Below, piece by piece: positions 1-10,000 of a DNA stretch of 32,000 nucleotides. Each line of letters begins with the position of its first letter. Within the stretch, counting starts at the first letter, position 1. The stretch lies in assembly GCF_000022265.1 (NCBI RefSeq), contig NC_011979.1, forward strand, positions 3,450,001 through 3,482,000. Reading direction: 5' to 3'. Below the pieces are notes generated by a model that saw nothing but the letters and a program-made list of their open reading frames with translations, was not told the DNA's origin and did no database searches. Made by a program: the position numbers and the translations under genes. The stretch is from Geotalea daltonii FRC-32 (GTDB taxonomy: Bacteria > Desulfobacterota > Desulfuromonadia > Geobacterales > Geobacteraceae).

Positions 1-1
1 C

Positions 2-223
2 TGGTGCGGGCCGGCAATGGGCGCCTTCAACGAATGGACTGCCGGTTCGTTCCTGGAGCAGCATTCCCGGCGCACGGTAGTTTCGGCAGCTTTGAATATT
101 CTCTTCGGCGCCGCTGTCCAGACCCGCGCCGCCATGCTCAGCTGCCAGGGAATTCGCCTGACCCCGGAAGAACTGCAGATACAGCCGTTGGAAACAGCAA
201 AGATCAAGGAGTACCTTAGGTGA
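2..223 (+). CDS. pfaD: 3' end of a PfaD-type (trans-acting, FMN) enoyl reductase gene, truncated by the window edge
   Basis: Frame 2 is open from the window edge to TGA at 221-223. The translation WCGPAMGAFNEWTAGSFLEQHSRRTVVSAALNILFGAAV... resembles the conserved C-terminal block I recall for PfaD/trans-ER proteins. Its stop overlaps the GTG start of the next gene (GTGA). Only about 73 aa are visible, so the call is tentative. Confidence 0.5.
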   Translation, partial: WCGPAMGAFNEWTAGSFLEQHSRRTVVSAALNILFGAAVQTRAAMLSCQGIRLTPEELQIQPLETAKIKEYLR

Positions 224-3200
224 AAAAGAACGACGTGAAACCGGACGCGACTGCAAGCAGCACACCGCTGGCCATTATCGGCATCGGCTGCCTCTTCCCC
301 CAGGCCAATGATCCTGATGCCTACTGGTCCAATGTTGCCGAAGGTATCGACGCCATCACGGAAATACCCGCCACCCATTGGCAGATCGCCGACTATTTCG
401 ACGGTGATCCCAAGTCCCCGGACCGCACCTACGGCCGCAGGGGTGGTTTCATTTCACCGATCCCCTTCAATCCCATGGAATTCAACATTCCCCCCAACAT
501 CCTGGAAGCCATCGACACGTCCCAACTGCTCGGCCTGGTGGTGGCCGGCCAGGCGCTTAAAGACGCGGGCTATGGGCCGGGAAGCGATTATGACCGCAAC
601 CGCGCCAGCGTCATCCTCGGCGTTACCGGCACGCTTGAGCTGGTCGTGCCCCTGGGAGCGCGGCTGGGCCATCCCGTGTGGCGCAAGGCGCTCAAGGAAG
701 CCGGAGTGGATGAAAATATCGCCGAGGACGTGGTGCAGCGTATCGCCGACTCCTATGTCTCCTGGCAGGAAAATTCGTTCCCCGGTCTGCTCGGCAACGT
801 GGTGGCAGGGCGGATCAGCAAGCACTATGATTTGGGGGGAACCAACTGCGTCGTTGATGCCGCCTGCGCCAGCTCCTTCAGCGCACTGCACCTGGCCGCC
901 ATGGAACTGGATTCGGGCAAGGCCGACATGGTGGTAACCGGCGGCATCGATACTTTCAACGACATCTTCATGTACATGTGTTTCAGCAAGACTCCTGCCC
1001 TCTCCCCCACCGGCAATGCCAAACCCTTTGACGCCTCGGGAGACGGTACCATTCTCGGCGAAGGCCTGGGCATTGTCGTTATCAAGCGGCTGGCTGATGC
1101 AGAGCGGGACGGAGACAGGATTTATGCAGTTGTTCGCGGCATCGGTTCCTCCAGCGACGGCAAGGGGGATGCCATCTATGCACCCAGTGCCGGGGGCCAG
1201 AAAAAAGCCCTGGTTGATGCCTATAATCGGGCAGGAGTCACTCCCGACAGCATCGGGCTCATAGAAGCCCACGGAACCGGCACCAAGGTGGGGGATGCCG
1301 TTGAGGTAAGCGCTTTGCGCGACGTCTATGGTGAAGCAGATACCCCGTGGTGCGCCCTCGGCTCGGTCAAGTCGCAGATCGGCCATACAAAAGCCTCGGC
1401 AGGCGCCGCAGGCCTCATCAAATCGGCCCTGGCCCTGCACCACAAGGTGCTTCCCCCGACCATCAAGGTGGAAAAGCCGCTGAAAGAGGTGACAGCCGAG
1501 CGTACTCCGTTCTATCTTACCACCCGGAAGCGACCCTGGCTTCCCCGTGACAACGGGCCCCGCCGGGCCGCCGTCAGTGCTTTCGGCTTTGGCGGTTCCA
1601 ATTTTCATGTGGTCCTTGAGGAATACAAACCGGCAAAAGAAGCAGCAGACTGGGACGGCAATGTCCAGCTCGTTGCCCTGTCGGCACAGGGCGCCGATAA
1701 GCTGCAGGCTGCCCTGGACAACCTGTCTGCTTCTGCTTCGTGGGAAGAAGTGCGGGCTTTTGCCGCAAAAAGCCGTGCCGCCTTTGACAGCAGAGCTCCC
1801 TTCCGCATGGCTCTTGTCGTTGAACGGGAAAAAACCAATCTGGGTACTGTTGTCAATAACGCCAAGATGATGCTCGGCAAAAATGCCGCCAGTTCCTGGA
1901 GCACCCCCGATGGCGCTTTTTTCGCCCATGGTTCGCCCCCGGGAAAGCTGGGCATGCTCTTTCCGGGCCAGGGAGCCCAATATACCGGTATGCTCAGAGA
2001 CCTGGCATGCAACTTCCCGCAGATGCTCGACTCTTTAGCTGCTGCCGATGACGGTTTTGCAACCGCCACCGGCGAACGCCTCTCCGACCTCATCTACCCC
2101 CCCACTGCCTTTGATGGGGAAGCAAGGGAAAGACAGGAAGTGGCATTGCGGGCCACCGAATCTGCCCAACCGGCCATAGGCGCGGTCAGCACCGGGGCGC
2201 TGAATATTCTTAAAACCTTCGGGCTCAACCCTGACGCCGTCGCCGGACATAGCTATGGCGAGTTGACTGCCCTTCACGCTGCAGGACGACTGGATGAAAT
2301 GACGCTCAACCAGCTGTCTCGCCTGCGCGGCCGCCTCATGGGGGAGACAAAGGGGGAAAAGGGAAGCATGCTGGCCGTATCGGCCCCTCTGGCAACAATC
2401 GAACAGCTGCTGGCCGAGGAAAAGATCGACCTGGTCCTGGCCAACCGCAATGCCCCCAGCCAAGGGGTATTGTCGGGCAAGAGCGCCGAGATCGACCGGG
2501 CAGCCGATATCATTACCGGCCGCGGCATCCCCTGCAAGAAGATTCCCGTTGCCGCAGCCTTTCATAGCACCCTGGTCGCCGATGCAGCGGCACCCTTTCA
2601 GAAAGCGCTGGACAGCGTTATCTTCAATCCCGCCCAACTACCCGTTTATGCCAACACCACAGCCACTGAATATCCCGCTGAAAATACTGCTGCCAAGGCC
2701 CTTCTGGCAGGACAGTTGGCCAACTCGGTCGAATTCGTCGCCGAGATTGACGCCATGTATGCCGCCGGGATACGCACCTTTGTCGAAGTAGGTCCGGGAG
2801 CCAGACTCACCGGGCTCGTCAAAGCCATTCTCGGCGACAAGGAGCATCTGGCTGTTGCCCTGGATTCTTCAGCCGGCAAGCGCTCGGGCATTGCCGACCT
2901 GGGCAGGCTCCTTGCCCAGATGGTCGTGCTGGGGTACCCGGTGCGCCTGTCAATATGGGATGAAGGATATGAGATTCCTGCCGGGAATGGAAAAAAACCG
3001 GCCATGACGGTGCCCATCTGCGGTGCCAATTACGTGAAGCCTAAAGCAAAACGGCCGCCGCTGCCAAAGCAGATTCAACCGAACGTTGCCCGGCCTGTCC
3101 AGCCAGCGACCCAACCGGCAGCGGCTTTCCATTCCCAAGGACCGGCAGTTTCCCATACGACAACGTCCGTTTCCCCGGATGCCCTGGCCGAATCCATGCG

Positions 3201-6200
3201 TGTCACCCGCGACAGCCTGTCGCTGCTGCAAAAGATGCAGGAGGATACTGCCCAACTGCACCGGCGTTTTCTTGAGGGACAGGAAGCAGCCAACCGTACT
3301 TTTCAGACCCTGCTGGAGCAACAACAGCGCCTTTTCCAGGGAACGATCACCCCCGGATCAATGCCGCTGCCAGCTTCCGTTGCCCCATCAGCCACCGTGC
3401 AACAGGTTGCGGTCCAACCGGTTCAGGCTCCTTCGGCGCCTGCCACTGCAGCACCTGCAGTTTCTGCCCCGAATCCGGCGCCCCCTGCGGCCGCCAATCG
3501 GACGGCGGAGACCCTTCTTGCCGTGGTCAGCGAGAAAACCGGTTACCCGGTGGAGATGCTGGAAATGGAGATGGGGATGGATGCCGATCTGGGCATTGAC
3601 TCCATCAAGAGAGTGGAAATTCTCTCCGCTATCCAGGAACGCCTCCCCGGCGCACCGGTTATCGGCCCGGAACATCTGGGTACCCTGCGCACCCTGGGCG
3701 ATATTGCCGGCTATCTGGGCGCCGGAGCTCCTCTTTCTGCTCCTGCACCGCAGGCAGTCACGGCATCCCTGTCTTCCGCCGGCAACATCCAGGTTGCTGA
3801 AACGCTGCTGGCCGTGGTGAGCGAGAAGACCGGCTACCCGGTCGAAATGCTGGAAATGGAAATGGGCATGGATGCCGATCTGGGCATCGATTCCATTAAA
3901 CGTGTGGAAATTCTCTCGGCTATTCAGGAACGCCTCCCCGGCGCACCGGTCATCGGCCCGGAACATCTTGGTACGCTGCGCACCCTGGGTGATATTGCCG
4001 GTTATTTAGGTGCCGGAGCCTCTGTTGCCGCACCAGGTTCCATGGCAACAGCACCTGCAGCTGCCGGCAACGTAGCCGAAACTTTGCTGGCCGTGGTGAG
4101 CGAGAAGACCGGCTATCCGGTGGAGATGCTGGAAATGGAAATGGGAATGGATGCCGACCTGGGCATCGATTCCATTAAAAGGGTGGAAATTCTCTCGGCC
4201 ATTCAGGAACGCCTCCCCGGCACGCCGGTCATCGGGCCTGAACACCTGGGTACCCTGCGCACCCTGGGCGACATAGCCGGTTATCTCGGCGCCGGGTCAA
4301 CTCCCGTTCAGGCCGCCCTCCCACAGGCGGCCGCTATGCCCATCTCGGCAGGCGCTGGCGATGTTTCGCGGGTTCTGCTGGAGGTGGTCAGCGAGAAGAC
4401 CGGTTATCCGGTGGAGATGCTGGAAATGGAGATGGGTCTGGATTCGGACCTGGGTATCGACTCCATCAAAAGGGTGGAAATCCTCTCCACCATCCAGGAG
4501 CGCCTTCCCGGCGCACCGGTGATAGGTCCCGAGCATCTGGGCACCCTGAAAACCCTGGGTGAGATAGCCCGGCATCTGGGAAGTACTGCTGCAACTGCCG
4601 AGCCTGCCCCTGTGCAATCATCACTGCAGGCTGCTGCAGAGCCGGAATCAGGGAAAGAATCCCGAATCTCCCGCAGCACCATCCTCCCGGGCGAGCTTGG
4701 CGTCACCAAAGATGCTGAAGAATTACAGATAGGCACGGACAGTGAGTTCTGGGTAACCGACGATGGTTCCCCTTTTACCGCCGAGCTCTGCACCATGCTC
4801 TTCCGCCGCGGTTTTACCGTGCGCAGGATCAGCAACCATGAGGAACATGAAATTATCCCGCCGGCAAAACTTGCAGGTCTGGTAATCTCTGCACCCCAAA
4901 GCGGAACGGATGGGCAGTTCCTGGAGAAGGCCTTCATTCTCCTGAAAAGCGCCGCACCTGCCCTGCGCAAGGCGGGTGTAGAAGGGGGCGCGCGCTTTGC
5001 TACCATTTCCCGGCTTGATGGCGCCTTCGGTTGCGGTACGACCAATGAGCTTGCTGATCCCTTATCCGGCGGACTTGCCGGTTTTACCAAGACCGCAGCG
5101 CGGGAGTGGCCTGAGGTAACCTGCAAGGCCATGGATCTCGGCATTTTCCAGAATCCGACGACAATGGCAGAGGCCATTACCTCGGAGTTGTTCCGCGTCG
5201 GTCCTCTGGAAGTGGGTCTTGGCCCGGAACAGCGCGTAGGCCTTCAACTTGCCGAACTTCCCGCTGCCGAGACTGCTTCCACGCCATTGCGCGAAGGAGA
5301 TGTCGTCGTCATCACCGGCGGCGGCAGGGGCGTGACCGCTGAAACTGCCGTAGCTCTCAGTCGGGCCTACCGTCCTTTCCTGGTCCTCCTGGGCAGAAGT
5401 CCCGAACCTGTCCAGGAACCGGCATGGTTGAGCCCGTTGACGGAGGAAGCCCAGATCAAGAAGGGGATCATCGAGCAGGCCGGGGGCAAACTCCATCCCA
5501 GGGATATCGAGGAGCGCTACCGGGGCGTCCTTGCCGGACGTGAGCTTCGCGCCACCCTTGCCCGCATCGGAGCGGCCGGGGGCAAAGCCGCCTATCACTC
5601 GGTTGATATCCGCGATGTCGGCCAGGTGAGAAATCTACTGGCAGGCATCAGGCAGAAACATGGCCAAATCCGCGGTCTCGTTCATGGGGCAGGGGTCCTG
5701 GCAGACCGTTTGATCGTCGACAAATCGGTCGACCAGTTTGCCATGGTCTACGGCACAAAGGTCGACGGTCTGCATTCCCTGCTGAATGCCACGGCAGAAG
5801 ACGAGCTCCGCTTCATCGCCCTCTTCTCCTCCACCACCGGTCGTTTCGGCCGTGTCGGCCAGGTTGATTATGCGGTGGCCAATGAAGTCCTCAACAAGCT
5901 GGCCCAGGCTGAAATGCGCAAACGTCCTGGATGCAGGGTAGTCAGCATCAACTGGGGACCGTGGGACGGAGGCATGGTAACTCCTTCCCTGAAAAAGGTT
6001 TTCGCCGGCGAAGGGATCGGACTGATCGGTCTTGCTGCCGGTGGCGATTTCCTCGTTCGCGAGATTGCTGCCACAGGCTCGCCAGTCGAGGTCGTCGCCA
6101 TTGCCGGCGCTGCCGGTGAACTTTCCGCCATCTCACCCAATTCCCGCTCCCAGGTCCTGCCGGAAGCATTTGCCCTGAACCTGACCGTCAATGAATACCC

Positions 6201-7041
6201 GTTCCTCCGCTCCCACGTCCTGGACGGCAAGGCAGTGCTCCCCATGGCCGTCATCGTTGAATGGCTGGCCCATGGCGCCCTCCATGGCAATCCCGGACTG
6301 CATTTCCATGGTTTCAACGACCTGCGCATCTGCAAGGGTGTTGTCTTCGAACAAGGCTCCCCATGCACCCTCAGCTTCCTGGCCGGCAAGGCCCAAAAAC
6401 GGGATTCCTTCTATCTGGTGCCCGTTGAACTGACCAGTGCCACGGTAGAAGGCAAAAAGATCCTCCACGCCAAAGCAGAAATCATTCTGGCAGGGCGGCT
6501 ACCCGAAGGGATTCGCTCCATCATCGAAATACCCTCCACTCCTTACGAGCCCAAAAACGGCAAGATTTACGACAAGGAACGCCTTTTCCACGGCCCTGAA
6601 CTGCATGGCATCGAGCAGGTGATCGGCTGTTCCACCAAAGGGATTGCCGCCATGGCCAAGGGTGCGCCGTCACCGGCAAGCTGGATCAAGCAGCCCCTGC
6701 GTAGCGTATGGCTCACCGATCCCCTGGTCATGGACAGCGCCTTCCAGCTCATGATCCTCTGGTCCTTCGAGCGCTTCGGCGCCGGATCTCTTCCATGCTT
6801 TGCCGGCCGGTATCGTCAGTACGTGGACAGTTTCCCCATTGAAGGAGTTCAGGTGGTGGTGCGCATCACTGAAGAACGCCAGAAAAGCGCCACTGCCGAC
6901 ATGGAATTCCTCGATCGGCATTCGGGCAAGCTTGTTGCCCGCCTGGAAGGATACGAGTGCGTCATTGACCCCTCACTGAAACAGGCCTTTCAGCGTAACC
7001 AGCTCGCCAAAACAGGCGGAGTCCAGTTGGGAGCAGCCTGA
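220..7041 (+). CDS. pfaA: PfaA-like multidomain PUFA/polyketide synthase subunit: KS - malonyl-CoA:ACP acyltransferase - 4 tandem ACPs - KR - PKS-type DH
   Basis: 2273-aa ORF with a GTG start 11 nt after AAGGAG (203-208). KS motifs are VDAACASS (Cys codon 865-867), EAHGTGT and GHTKASAG. AT motifs are GHSYGE (Ser codon 2251-2253) and AAFHS. There are four LGIDSIKRVEIL ACP motifs. The KR Rossmann motif ITGGGRGVT lies near 5300. The DH motif HVLDGKAVLP has its His codon at 6214-6216. Confidence 0.95.
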   Translation: MKKNDVKPDATASSTPLAIIGIGCLFPQANDPDAYWSNVAEGIDAITEIPATHWQIADYFDGDPKSPDRTYGRRGGFISPIPFNPMEFNIPPNILEAIDTSQLLGLVVAGQALKDAGYGPGSDYDRNRASVILGVTGTLELVVPLGARLGHPVWRKALKEAGVDENIAEDVVQRIADSYVSWQENSFPGLLGNVVAGRISKHYDLGGTNCVVDAACASSFSALHLAAMELDSGKADMVVTGGIDTFNDIFMYMCFSKTPALSPTGNAKPFDASGDGTILGEGLGIVVIKRLADAERDGDRIYAVVRGIGSSSDGKGDAIYAPSAGGQKKALVDAYNRAGVTPDSIGLIEAHGTGTKVGDAVEVSALRDVYGEADTPWCALGSVKSQIGHTKASAGAAGLIKSALALHHKVLPPTIKVEKPLKEVTAERTPFYLTTRKRPWLPRDNGPRRAAVSAFGFGGSNFHVVLEEYKPAKEAADWDGNVQLVALSAQGADKLQAALDNLSASASWEEVRAFAAKSRAAFDSRAPFRMALVVEREKTNLGTVVNNAKMMLGKNAASSWSTPDGAFFAHGSPPGKLGMLFPGQGAQYTGMLRDLACNFPQMLDSLAAADDGFATATGERLSDLIYPPTAFDGEARERQEVALRATESAQPAIGAVSTGALNILKTFGLNPDAVAGHSYGELTALHAAGRLDEMTLNQLSRLRGRLMGETKGEKGSMLAVSAPLATIEQLLAEEKIDLVLANRNAPSQGVLSGKSAEIDRAADIITGRGIPCKKIPVAAAFHSTLVADAAAPFQKALDSVIFNPAQLPVYANTTATEYPAENTAAKALLAGQLANSVEFVAEIDAMYAAGIRTFVEVGPGARLTGLVKAILGDKEHLAVALDSSAGKRSGIADLGRLLAQMVVLGYPVRLSIWDEGYEIPAGNGKKPAMTVPICGANYVKPKAKRPPLPKQIQPNVARPVQPATQPAAAFHSQGPAVSHTTTSVSPDALAESMRVTRDSLSLLQKMQEDTAQLHRRFLEGQEAANRTFQTLLEQQQRLFQGTITPGSMPLPASVAPSATVQQVAVQPVQAPSAPATAAPAVSAPNPAPPAAANRTAETLLAVVSEKTGYPVEMLEMEMGMDADLGIDSIKRVEILSAIQERLPGAPVIGPEHLGTLRTLGDIAGYLGAGAPLSAPAPQAVTASLSSAGNIQVAETLLAVVSEKTGYPVEMLEMEMGMDADLGIDSIKRVEILSAIQERLPGAPVIGPEHLGTLRTLGDIAGYLGAGASVAAPGSMATAPAAAGNVAETLLAVVSEKTGYPVEMLEMEMGMDADLGIDSIKRVEILSAIQERLPGTPVIGPEHLGTLRTLGDIAGYLGAGSTPVQAALPQAAAMPISAGAGDVSRVLLEVVSEKTGYPVEMLEMEMGLDSDLGIDSIKRVEILSTIQERLPGAPVIGPEHLGTLKTLGEIARHLGSTAATAEPAPVQSSLQAAAEPESGKESRISRSTILPGELGVTKDAEELQIGTDSEFWVTDDGSPFTAELCTMLFRRGFTVRRISNHEEHEIIPPAKLAGLVISAPQSGTDGQFLEKAFILLKSAAPALRKAGVEGGARFATISRLDGAFGCGTTNELADPLSGGLAGFTKTAAREWPEVTCKAMDLGIFQNPTTMAEAITSELFRVGPLEVGLGPEQRVGLQLAELPAAETASTPLREGDVVVITGGGRGVTAETAVALSRAYRPFLVLLGRSPEPVQEPAWLSPLTEEAQIKKGIIEQAGGKLHPRDIEERYRGVLAGRELRATLARIGAAGGKAAYHSVDIRDVGQVRNLLAGIRQKHGQIRGLVHGAGVLADRLIVDKSVDQFAMVYGTKVDGLHSLLNATAEDELRFIALFSSTTGRFGRVGQVDYAVANEVLNKLAQAEMRKRPGCRVVSINWGPWDGGMVTPSLKKVFAGEGIGLIGLAAGGDFLVREIAATGSPVEVVAIAGAAGELSAISPNSRSQVLPEAFALNLTVNEYPFLRSHVLDGKAVLPMAVIVEWLAHGALHGNPGLHFHGFNDLRICKGVVFEQGSPCTLSFLAGKAQKRDSFYLVPVELTSATVEGKKILHAKAEIILAGRLPEGIRSIIEIPSTPYEPKNGKIYDKERLFHGPELHGIEQVIGCSTKGIAAMAKGAPSPASWIKQPLRSVWLTDPLVMDSAFQLMILWSFERFGAGSLPCFAGRYRQYVDSFPIEGVQVVVRITEERQKSATADMEFLDRHSGKLVARLEGYECVIDPSLKQAFQRNQLAKTGGVQLGAA
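3505..4587 (+). repeat. Tandem array of four ACP-domain coding repeats (period 279-291 nt) inside pfaA
   Basis: 74-aa units start at 3505, 3796, 4075 and 4366. Units 1 and 2 encode identical peptides (AETLLAVVSEKTGYPVEMLEMEMGMDADLGIDSIKRVEILSAIQERLPGAPVIGPEHLGTLRTLGDIAGYLGAG). Unit 3 differs by one residue and unit 4 is more diverged. Ala/Pro-rich linkers separate the units. Confidence 0.9.
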
Positions 7042-7043
7042 GA

Positions 7044-10000
7044 ATGCAGGAAAAACCTTCGGTTGCAATTGTCGGCATCGGCGCCATTTTCCCAGATGCC
7101 CCCGACCTTGAGCAGTATTGGGAAAATATCCGCGCCGGGCGCACTTCAGCCAGGGAAGTTCCGGCTGAAAGATGGCACGTTGCCGCCGATGGGGTCTTCG
7201 ACCCGACCCCGGGAAAAGCTGACCATGTTTACTCACGGCGCGGCTGCTTTATCGAGCAGCTGCCACCCATCTCCAGGCTTGACGGCATTGCCCTCGATCC
7301 AGGCCTCGTCGCCGGTCTCGATCCTCTTTTCCAACTCCTGCTCCACGCAGGGAAAAGGGCTTTCGACAACGGCATCACCGCCCCCCTTGACCGCTCCAGG
7401 GTGGGAGTCATCATCGGCAACCTGGCCCTTCCCACTGAAACATCCGCAAAACTGACCCGCGCCTGGTTGGGCAAAACTTTCGAGGAAAAGCTTCTCGGTC
7501 GATCCAGGAAGCGGGAAGACATCGATCCCATCAACCGCTATGTCGCCGGCCTCCCTGCCGGACTTCTGTCAAACGCACTGGGCCTTGGGGGGGGCAGCTG
7601 CACTCTCGACGCTGCCTGCGCAAGTTCCATCTATGCCATAAAGCTGGCCATGGACGAGCTTCTCTCCGGTCGCGCCGATGCCATGCTCACCGGCGGCGTC
7701 TCCAGGCCCGACCCCCTTTATACCCAGATGGGCTTTTCCCAGCTCCGCGCCCTGTCAAAACGTGGTATCTGTTCCCCTTTTGACGCTGCCGCCGATGGAC
7801 TGGTCGTCGGCGAAGGGGCCGGCATCTTCCTTCTGAAAAGAACCGAGGATGCCGTAGCTCATGGTGACCGGATTTACGGAATCATCAAGGGAGTCGGCCT
7901 CTCCAACGACGTGGGCGGCAGTCTGCTCGCCCCTCTATCCGAGGGGCAGCTTCGGGCCATGGGCGCTGCCTATGCCCAGAGTGGCTGGAAGCCGCAAGAT
8001 GTGGATCTGATCGAGTGCCATGCCACCGGTACTGCCGTCGGCGATGCAACGGAATTTGCCAGCCTTAAGCAGCTGTGGAGCGAGACCCCTACTGCCGCAT
8101 CCTGCGTTATCGGTTCGGTGAAATCCAATATCGGCCATCTGCTGACTGCAGCAGGCGCAGCGGCCCTGACCAAGGTGCTCCTGGCCATGAACGAGGGGAT
8201 TCTTCCCCCCACTGCAAGTTTTTCCACACCACCGGACGCCATTGATCTTGAGGGAAGCCCATTCCAGGTGCTGGCCAGTGCACGCCCATGGCAACGGCGC
8301 GGTGAGGGGATTCCCCGCCGGGCAGCAGTGAGCGCCTTCGGTTTCGGCGGCATCAATGGCCATCTGCTGGTTGAAGAGTGGCTGCCAGACAACCATTCGG
8401 GCTCACGGGCGATTGCCGTAAAGGCCCCGACTATGGAAGGGTCGGCTGATATCGCCATCGTCGGCATTGATGCCCGCTTCGGTCCTTGGCAGTCATTGAA
8501 AAAGTTCACCGAACGGGTTCTGGGTGGCGATGGCAGCGCTGAACCGACCACACCCCAGCGCTGGTGGGGAGCAGAGAAAAGCCGGTGGTTCAGGGAAGAA
8601 GAGCTGGATCTGGCCTCGTTCAAGGGCTTTTATATCGACGAGTTTGCCGTTGCCACCGATCAATTTCGCATTCCGCCGCTGGAAATGGAAGAAATGCTGC
8701 CCCAACAGCTCCTTATGCTGCAAACTGCCGCAGCAGCCATGGCCGACGCCGGTCTTGGCCGTGAAGGCAATGACCGGGCGGCGGTCCTCATCGGCATTGC
8801 ACTGGACCTGAACAGCACCAATTTCAGCTTCCGCTGGTCAATGGCAGAAGAAGCACGAAAGTGGCAGCAGGAGCTGGGAAATGAACTTACTCCCGGCGAC
8901 CTTGCAGGATGGACAGCCGAGCTGCGGGAGGCTGCCGGACCGTCTCTCACCGCCAACAGGACCATGGGCGCCCTGGGAAATATCGTTGCCAGCCGTATCG
9001 CCCGTGAGTTTCGGGTCGGCGGACCGAGCTTCACCGTCTCCAACGAAGAAGGCTCCGGCATCCGTGCCCTGGAAGCAGCGGTCAGGCTGCTGCATGCCCA
9101 CGAGATCGACCGGGCGCTTGTCGGGGCAGTGGATTTTGCCGGCGACCTGCGCGCCGTCCTCGGCCATCATTCCCGGCGTCCTTTCGCCTCTGACGGCAAT
9201 GGCAGTTCCTTCGATGAAGGTTCATGCGGCAGCACGGTCGGTGAGGGAGCCACGGCAGTGGTATTGAAGCGGCTGCAAGATGCGGAGCGCGATGGTGACC
9301 GCATCTATGCGGTCATCAAGGGCATCGGCACCGCCGGGGGGGGCATCGTCAACCCAGGGAAAAAAGCCTATACCAAAGCCATGGAACGGGCCTATGCCGG
9401 TTCCGGTGTGGAGCCTCACAGCATCAGCTACCTGGAAGCCTGCGGCAGCGGCAATCCTCCCGAAGACCGGATGGAAGCAAAGGCCCTGGCTGGTTTCCTT
9501 GCCGGCAACCAGCCCCGCCACTGCGCCGTTACATCGGTCAAGGGTGATATCGGCCACTGCGGCGCCGCCTCCGGCCTTGCCTCCTTCGTCCGGGGCTGTC
9601 TCGCCCTTTATCATGAAATCATCCCGCCGTGCCGCGGTGTAGAGTCACCTTTGCCGGAGTTGTCGGGCAAGGGATCACTCCACATTCCCCGCAGCCCACG
9701 CTACTGGCTGCGCAACCGGGCAGAGGGACCGCGCCGGGCAGGGATCAGTACCTTTGGTATTGATGGCACCTGCAGCCATGTTGTTCTGGAAGGATGGGCA
9801 TCGGTCCCCCAGCGTTTCCAAAGGGAGCGTCAAGCGCCTTTAGGCTCCCTGGGTGAATTCATCTTTGTGGTGGCCGGGAACAATCAGGCCGAGCTGACCC
9901 AGGGACTGGACCAGCTGCGTCAATTAAATGGCGAAAAGAAATTCGATCTGGCCCGGCTGGCACTGGAATGGCAGGCACGAAATGGTTCTGGCAAAACACT

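Noticed and set aside
454-1980. A 508-aa ORF on the minus strand, antisense to the PfaA KS domain. Similar long antisense or off-frame ORFs lie at 11619-13241(-), 16095-16985(-), 13263-14078(-), 4404-5177(-), 19616-20197(+), 29603-30493(+) and 30714-31469(+).
   Set aside because: Their translations are low-complexity and rich in R/G/A/P, with no recognisable motifs. They lie entirely opposite ORFs that have unmistakable catalytic motifs. This is the typical stop-codon paucity of GC-rich DNA.
3505-4587. Regularly spaced repeats of about 285 nt that could superficially suggest a CRISPR-like or satellite array.
   Set aside because: They are in frame within pfaA and encode canonical ACP domains (LGIDSIKRVEIL). 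The repeat unit is far longer than CRISPR repeats, and the 'spacers' are Ala/Pro linkers.
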